Of a stretch of DNA of 50,091 nucleotides, positions 43,740 through 50,091 are shown one piece after another. The notes below the pieces were generated by a model that saw only the letters and a list, made by a program, of their open reading frames with translations, was not told the origin of the DNA and ran no database searches. Source of the stretch: Paraglomus brasilianum (Eukaryota); contig CAJVPI010000139.1 of assembly GCA_910592345.1 (NCBI GenBank), positions 1-50,091 of the forward strand. The letters run 5' to 3'. Position numbers and translations under genes: made by a program. Each line of letters starts with the position of its first letter. Positions within the stretch are counted from its first letter, which is position 1.

Positions 43740-46409
43740 GTTTAGCATTACCTCTGTTTCTGCACGTGAGATAAAAAGCCGATTCCCACGCACACTGATC
43801 TGATCGTGGCAGTGCGAGCGAGCAGCAACAAGCCTTTCGAGCAGGCTGCCAGGCTTGTACTAACAAGATGGACAAATATTGATTACATAAGCTATCATAA
43901 TAACAGTGCCCAAGATAATCTTAACGCCTTTTTAATGATTACTTATCCCTTTCCTTCTACAGTAAGCAGGAAAAAAAACTTAAATTTTTTATTTCCAATC
44001 ATAACGCCAAGCGTATGAACTGACCTATAAAGACTAAATTACTACTAGTAGCAAAGCTCATGTCATAGTTATCCGGAATAATGAAAGACAGCTTTCGATA
44101 ATAATAAGGAGATTTTATACCCCGAATTGCCGAAAGTCTTTGTTATGATGATTCTTTTAAAAATCAGTACGTTATACTGTATGATAGTATTTACGTCCAA
44201 TGCTGATGCGAGTTTGACTTCACAGAAACAATTATTTTCATAATGTTTGAGCCCTTTCCTTCTATTTTCACGTGACATGAATGTTATTTGTGTGATCTTT
44301 TCTGAAAGACATTTTTATAACCTTTAGAGGTGCAAGTCAATTACACTCTACATGCAGCAGGAGAGACTATGGCTTTCTGCATATCATTTACTGAAACAGC
44401 TGATTACGTATATACAGTCTTACATATGACAAACGTTTTCAAGTGATTTTGAAGAGAACATTAACATTGTTAATATTAAGTAACCTAGTGTATAACTTGA
44501 AGGTCCTCTTCGTAGGGCCCCTTTTGTTTCCTGCTCATACACTTGGTCAACTTTATTCAGTTCCCATATCCATCATAACCTGACCTAAATATGTGCATGT
44601 CAGATAACAGGTGCATCATCAAGGCCCAGAATCTTCATATTCAAGAAGAACTATATAAAACTAGACCACCTATTCGATAGTTGTAATTACATCCGAGATA
44701 TTAGTGTAACAGAAGTTAAAATAGCGCCCTGTCACAAACGCGTTAATAAATCGCGCCTCAATAACAAACATTACTAGAAACGCAAACATTCAATAACAAA
44801 CATTACTTAAATAATGTAAACAGTAAAATAATTATTAAGACCTCATTTACTAGGAGCGGAGAACGATTCTCAATCTTTGACTTTGCTTAAGAGGCTGAAA
44901 TAAGCCTAGCTGTAAATTAAGCGGACGCTGAAGTATCATTACTGTCGCCAAACACTTAGGGAAGGGACAGTTCACGTGTTAATTGACGCGCGGCCGTGTG
45001 AGCTAGACCATGCTTAGAGCCAAGCTTGAGAATATCTACCGGTCAAATTTGAACATGTAGCAATATCATGTCTAAAGTAGCTTTTATATGGAAAATGACT
45101 TCAAGGAAAGCTTGCTCAGACCCATTTGAAACGCGGAGGGCTCCGATTATCAGTGGAAATGGCCAAGGCTTTAATTGTAGTCCCTGGTCATCGCAACGGT
45201 ATTATGGGGTCACATTCGCAAACGCAAACTATGGTGCTCCCTCCATTTTTGTGTTATTTTTAATAAAGCAAAAGACAAACGTTGTTTTAAAAAAATGAAT
45301 GAGAAGTTAATCTCCGTGAAAACACTGAAAATGACTACTTCTAAAATCTAAGCCTCATAGACTCTGCAGTTTTTAATTTTCTAGCGTTATTTCCTGGTCT
45401 AAAAAAGCTCCATTGGTTAGACACTAACACTCGGTCTTTTACTCTCACCCATATCAATGTTCCAATATTCATTCTTTACTCTTTGATTAATTAAATCAAA
45501 ATTTTCAGATCACTCACATGTGGTTAGGGGTTACGCAGATTTTTCGGTGTGATCATCACAAGCCTATCAAAATGATGGTTTGGATTAAAAAAAATTTTTT
45601 TCTCATACTAATAAGGCCAAGAGATGGGAAATCGTAAAATAAAAATGCAAAGGATCGTCAACTGATTAATGGGGAAAACCTCACAGGTTAGCCCGGAAAT
45701 CATTTGTATGAAATCCCAAACCATGCGGATTATCCAATTCTCCCCAGCTTATGGCAGTAATACCAAAGATAATAATAATACCACCTAGTTTACGAGCATA
45801 TGAGGGACATAATCACTATTATTGCTACTGCTTTTGGAAGGTACGCAATCAGTATCCCTCCCCAATGTGACCCCAATCCATCCATATTTGAGGGTGCGTT
45901 GGGGTAACATATGCGAACACCCATAATTAGCAAGGATGACGCCATTTTTTGATCAAGATTTGATAAAGTTATGGCGTACTGTCGATCTACCGTGACACCA
46001 CCTGTCATTGTACAGGCAGAGATAATGGTTAAAAAAGATGGAAACGCCAAAACTTGCTAAAATATACTTGGCATTCTGCTTACATAAAAAAACTTTTAGG
46101 GGTTGACCTATTTTCAACTGCCTTTCTTTTTCAGGTAGATTCATGTGCGTTAAAATTTTATCATCGCATCGATTTCCACGCTTGCAGAATCAGCCATTTA
46201 TTGTGTGATCTGACAATTTCAATACATATACCAGAGATTTTGGCGTTACAGTAAAGACAAAAAGTTTACCAGGGCACAAAAAAAAAAAAGAAAAAAAAAA
46301 AAAGGTACTCAGTGTTGGTATGTTAGAGAGATATACAGTTTCTTGTGTCCTATAAACATCCCTTCCAGACAAGGTTAAGGTTTTTTTTTTGTCTTCATAT
46401 TTGAGCATA

Positions 46410-48183
46410 ATGCCATTCTTCTTTGAATCCGATTACATTGGCGAAGTTGGTCTCAGCAACTTGAAGCTGTATCGATATGCATCGGTCGATAAGTCTCCAA
46501 TATCAAAGTATATTTTAAAGCCCTACTTGGACCGGGTCATTGAACTATTCCCACTATGGATGGCGTGAGTATAAAGGCAACGACATGTTCGAGAACATGT
46601 ATATATACATACTAATCACCCACCGCATATAACTGTTCTGTCTCATCAATCATTACATAATGTAGACCGAATTTGATAACGCTTTGTGGCTTCGGTTTTA
46701 TACTGATAAATGTGATGTGTGTGATTATATTCGTACCTGACCTTGTTGGTCCAGGAGATTCGTGGCTTTATTTTAGGTATTGTTTACTTTAACTCTTTTA
46801 GCTTTGCCCAATTTCTTTTCGTTACTCAGAAACTAATTCGCATTCGAACTATATGTGAACTCTTTCTTTTCATGATGCCGTGCATGTTGCAGCTTTGCGC
46901 TCGGATTATGGCTATACTCAACGTTTGACAACATAGATGGACGACAAGCGCGACGAACTGGAACATCATCGCCACTCGGTGAACTCTTTGATCATGGATG
47001 TGATGCACTGAACTGTAGCTTGGGTGCAATCGTGCAATCGGCTGCCATGGGACTGGGTCATTCATGGTATTCTACGTTCTTATTAGTTTTGACTACCGCT
47101 CCCTTTTACATATCTACCTGGGAAGAATATCAGACGGGCGTTCTCTATCTTGGATATATCAACGGGCCAACTGAGGGTTTGATCACTGCATGTATTGTTA
47201 TGATAATATCCGGCATCTTAGGTAAGATATTACTTGTCTAATTCACATGTCCACTTTCTGCCAAATTGTACTAATGTATATTTTCTGTAGGCCCTGGATT
47301 CTGGAAAACAGATTTACAGGAATTTTTCGGTTCAAAGGCTCCAGAGTTCGTACAAGGCTATACCTTGACGGATTTAATGTTTGCTTCCATCACTATCATT
47401 GTCTTGACCTGCCTTTTGCCAGCCAGGTAAGATAATCAATCTACGAACATTCAAGTTTTGTTGCGATCTACATGCAGATATAGTAACCCCATTTTTGAAC
47501 ATGTAGCTTTTATAACGTGTATCAAGCATGCCGACGTCAGGGACGCTCGTTTTTAGCCACTCTACCTCAACATTTATCATTTGCGGTCTATGTCGTTAGC
47601 GGGTATCTATGGCTATCATCGCCATATTCGCGTATATTAGAGGATCATCACTTTATCCTCTTTGCATTAACAACTGGTATTGTGTTCGGACGCATGGCCA
47701 CAAAGATTATATTAGCACATGTGACAAAGACGCCGTTTCCTATGTTCACTGTGCAATTGATCCCGTTGTTAGCTGGCGCAATATTAGCCAACGTTCCTAT
47801 CGTCTTCCATATGTAAGTAGTCTGCTTTCTAGCAACTCATATTATCGAGAACGTTTCAATCTCAACATAATCCTCTCTTTTCTTTTTCTTTTTTTTTTTT
47901 TCGGAAATCAGTGAACCAATCCTAACGCCCAAGATCGAGTATTATTACCTTTTGAGCTATTTCGTCTTTGTATTGATTGCATACATTTACTGGGCAGTAA
48001 TCGTTATCCGCCAATTCTGTTCATTTCTGAAGATAAGATGTCTTCATATTCCGCATAGGCAACCAGGTATAGACTTTTTCAAACATCTTTCCAAATGGCA
48101 TTACAAATCTGTTCAATTGTTAAAAAATTGCTTTCTTCTTTCAACAAACAGAGAGTGAAGATGACGAAGCGGAGATTTCTTAA
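46410..48183 (+). CDS. Choline/ethanolamine phosphotransferase (CDP-alcohol phosphotransferase, EPT1/CPT1 family), multi-exon
   Basis: YRYASVDKSPISKYIL, WMAPNLITL, FDNIDGRQARRTGTSSPLGELFDHGCD, STWEEYQTGVLYLGYINGPTEG. Confidence 0.93.
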
Positions 48184-50091
48184 ACATTTCCGTTGTTACC
48201 AACATAGAATTTTATTTCCCTACATTTAGAATCATCGCTAAAAGATCATCATCATACAAACTGACAATCATTAGTTTGGACAACACTTGTATATCTTCGT
48301 TTTCAACAATCACCATTAATAGAAAAGGATTCAACTCTTTTTCGTGAAATAATCGCATTTAGCCATAGTTTTATGTTACTTTGTTTTATTATCATGTAAC
48401 CTATTTATTTAGCATCTTAGAAACAAGTAAAGTCTAATCTATATTCACATACGATAGAGGGATGCTTGATCTTTGGCCTTGCACACTGAGCAATTTGACA
48501 TGACGGTGCTGGTGGCGCTCTGCGTAGACCGATTATGTGAAACATCCTCGACTTTGTGGATCACGCTGACATTCGTCATGTCAGTTTAAACAGTTTACAT
48601 CTTTTTACTTTGGGGTTGATGTATGTAACTTTTATTCATAACTTGAGATGCCTGTGATCAGACAAAATAAAGTAGAGGACATCGGTCGTAGTTGCATTGG
48701 GATTGATCAATGGTCGCTGCAACTTGTTACTTAACGGGACGGATTTCCTCGAGTCGCGCTGCGTTTTTTACCCGCATACTCTTACTATCGTAGTCTCGCA
48801 ATGAATGTTAATTCTTAGCCCACTTGGCAACCGACTTTGGTGCTTAATTATTCAATATAAAATAAAATCACGTCGTACTCTATTGTCCTCCACCACCCCC
48901 ACCACCTTCTTCTCCCTCTCCATTTATAAGTAAATTCTTATACAAAGAGAGAATTCTTTAGAATAATGACCTATTAACGAGGTAAGTGCTTGCCATTATT
49001 CCTACCATCAATATACCACGTATTGTCATGGACTTTTGAAAATGAGCGCTGATGCTAATGTTGGTTCGGTCATTCGGCTGTTAAGTACTCGACATAGCAG
49101 TTCACAAAGGCGGTAACCTTAGTTCGGACGTTCGACTATTATTTCCAGGAAGATAAAATATTCATTATCGATTTATGGAAGAGTTCACGCTTATAATGAT
49201 GGATTATTCGAAACATTTGGTTTCTTTTTTAGGTAAGAAGTGATGCGTTATTAATATTTGTTGAGCGAGACAGAATTCATATCGGTAAATTATATATTGT
49301 ATGCCTTCTTTCTATTCTAAGATCGTCATTCATATTGCAAGCGCAAATTATTGCTGTCTTCCGTAAATCGATTATAAGAGCGGTGAACTGTTTGCCTATC
49401 GATCCAACATAGTTTCCCCTTTAATTAACGCGTCCATTCCTATAGAACAACGAATAGAAACCAGAAAACTGTTACCGTAATAGTGACTAGTACTTTCTCT
49501 TTATTAAAATTATACTATCACATCGAAGTCAGACTATACTTTAAGAGCTTGTTTTCCTGACTTCAACAAACTTCTCAGTATTTTGTAAAAAGGTTATACA
49601 TTGTCCTGTTGTAAAAGAAAGGCACATACCATTTCCAAGCTAGCGATTGGTGTGCTAGCGCTAATAACAGGACTTTCCTCACTATCATCTATGTCATTAA
49701 TTTGGAAAATGTTTAGTAAATATCTTATTATATTATGTCAATGTATTTACACGAATAAGCATTGAAATTACGGCGATTAATTGGCTGACCTTTTTTTTAT
49801 GTCACGTGGTGCGTTTATGGCAATTATATCTGGGACTCAAAATAGCTTGCACGTGTAGCGTTATGTGCTCAGCGTATGATATTAATATTAATGGATATAG
49901 AATGAATGATCAACCTAATTATAATCATAAAAATGTGGCTGTGCTGTGCTGTTCACTCGGAAAATCACATTTTGTAGCAGAAGTAGTTACATGATAAAAG
50001 GATGAAAAACTCGAAATATTAACAAACTGACATTATCTGTCTCTCCAATGTTAGATTTTGTGATGGTGAATGGCATGTTCGCAACTAATTA

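Noticed and set aside
44757..44810. 17-bp direct repeat caataacaaacattact x2
   Set aside because: A simple local duplication with no further structure.

Overview
AT-rich, intron-dense eukaryotic DNA. The gene content and short introns of about 60-140 nt suggest an early-diverging fungus, probably Mucoromycota (inference). Conserved genes reconstructed by hand are: a 4-EF-hand calflagin-like protein, an ING/PHD protein, CCT6, a TBC1D20/Gyp8-like Rab-GAP, NUF2, CDK1 (PSTAIRE), CK2 alpha, a GSKIP-like protein and an EPT1/CPT1-type phosphotransferase. An accessory region of about 21 kb (9.5-30.5 kb) holds a CpG-depleted RING/U-box-like + TPR gene, a dead mariner element, a foldback/MITE-like element, and three paralogous genes largely invisible to the ORF track. 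Each paralog has a ~105-117-codon first exon (possibly a highly diverged HMG box) followed by tiny exons. In the two long copies these are almost all phase-1 symmetric, 30-81 nt, and built from a repeated three-exon/three-intron unit of about 350-400 bp. These arrays stay in frame despite indels, show compensated splice-site changes and an apparently skipped dead exon, and swap units between paralogs. This micro-exon array family is the best candidate for an undescribed system. All gene models are manual and have no transcript support.
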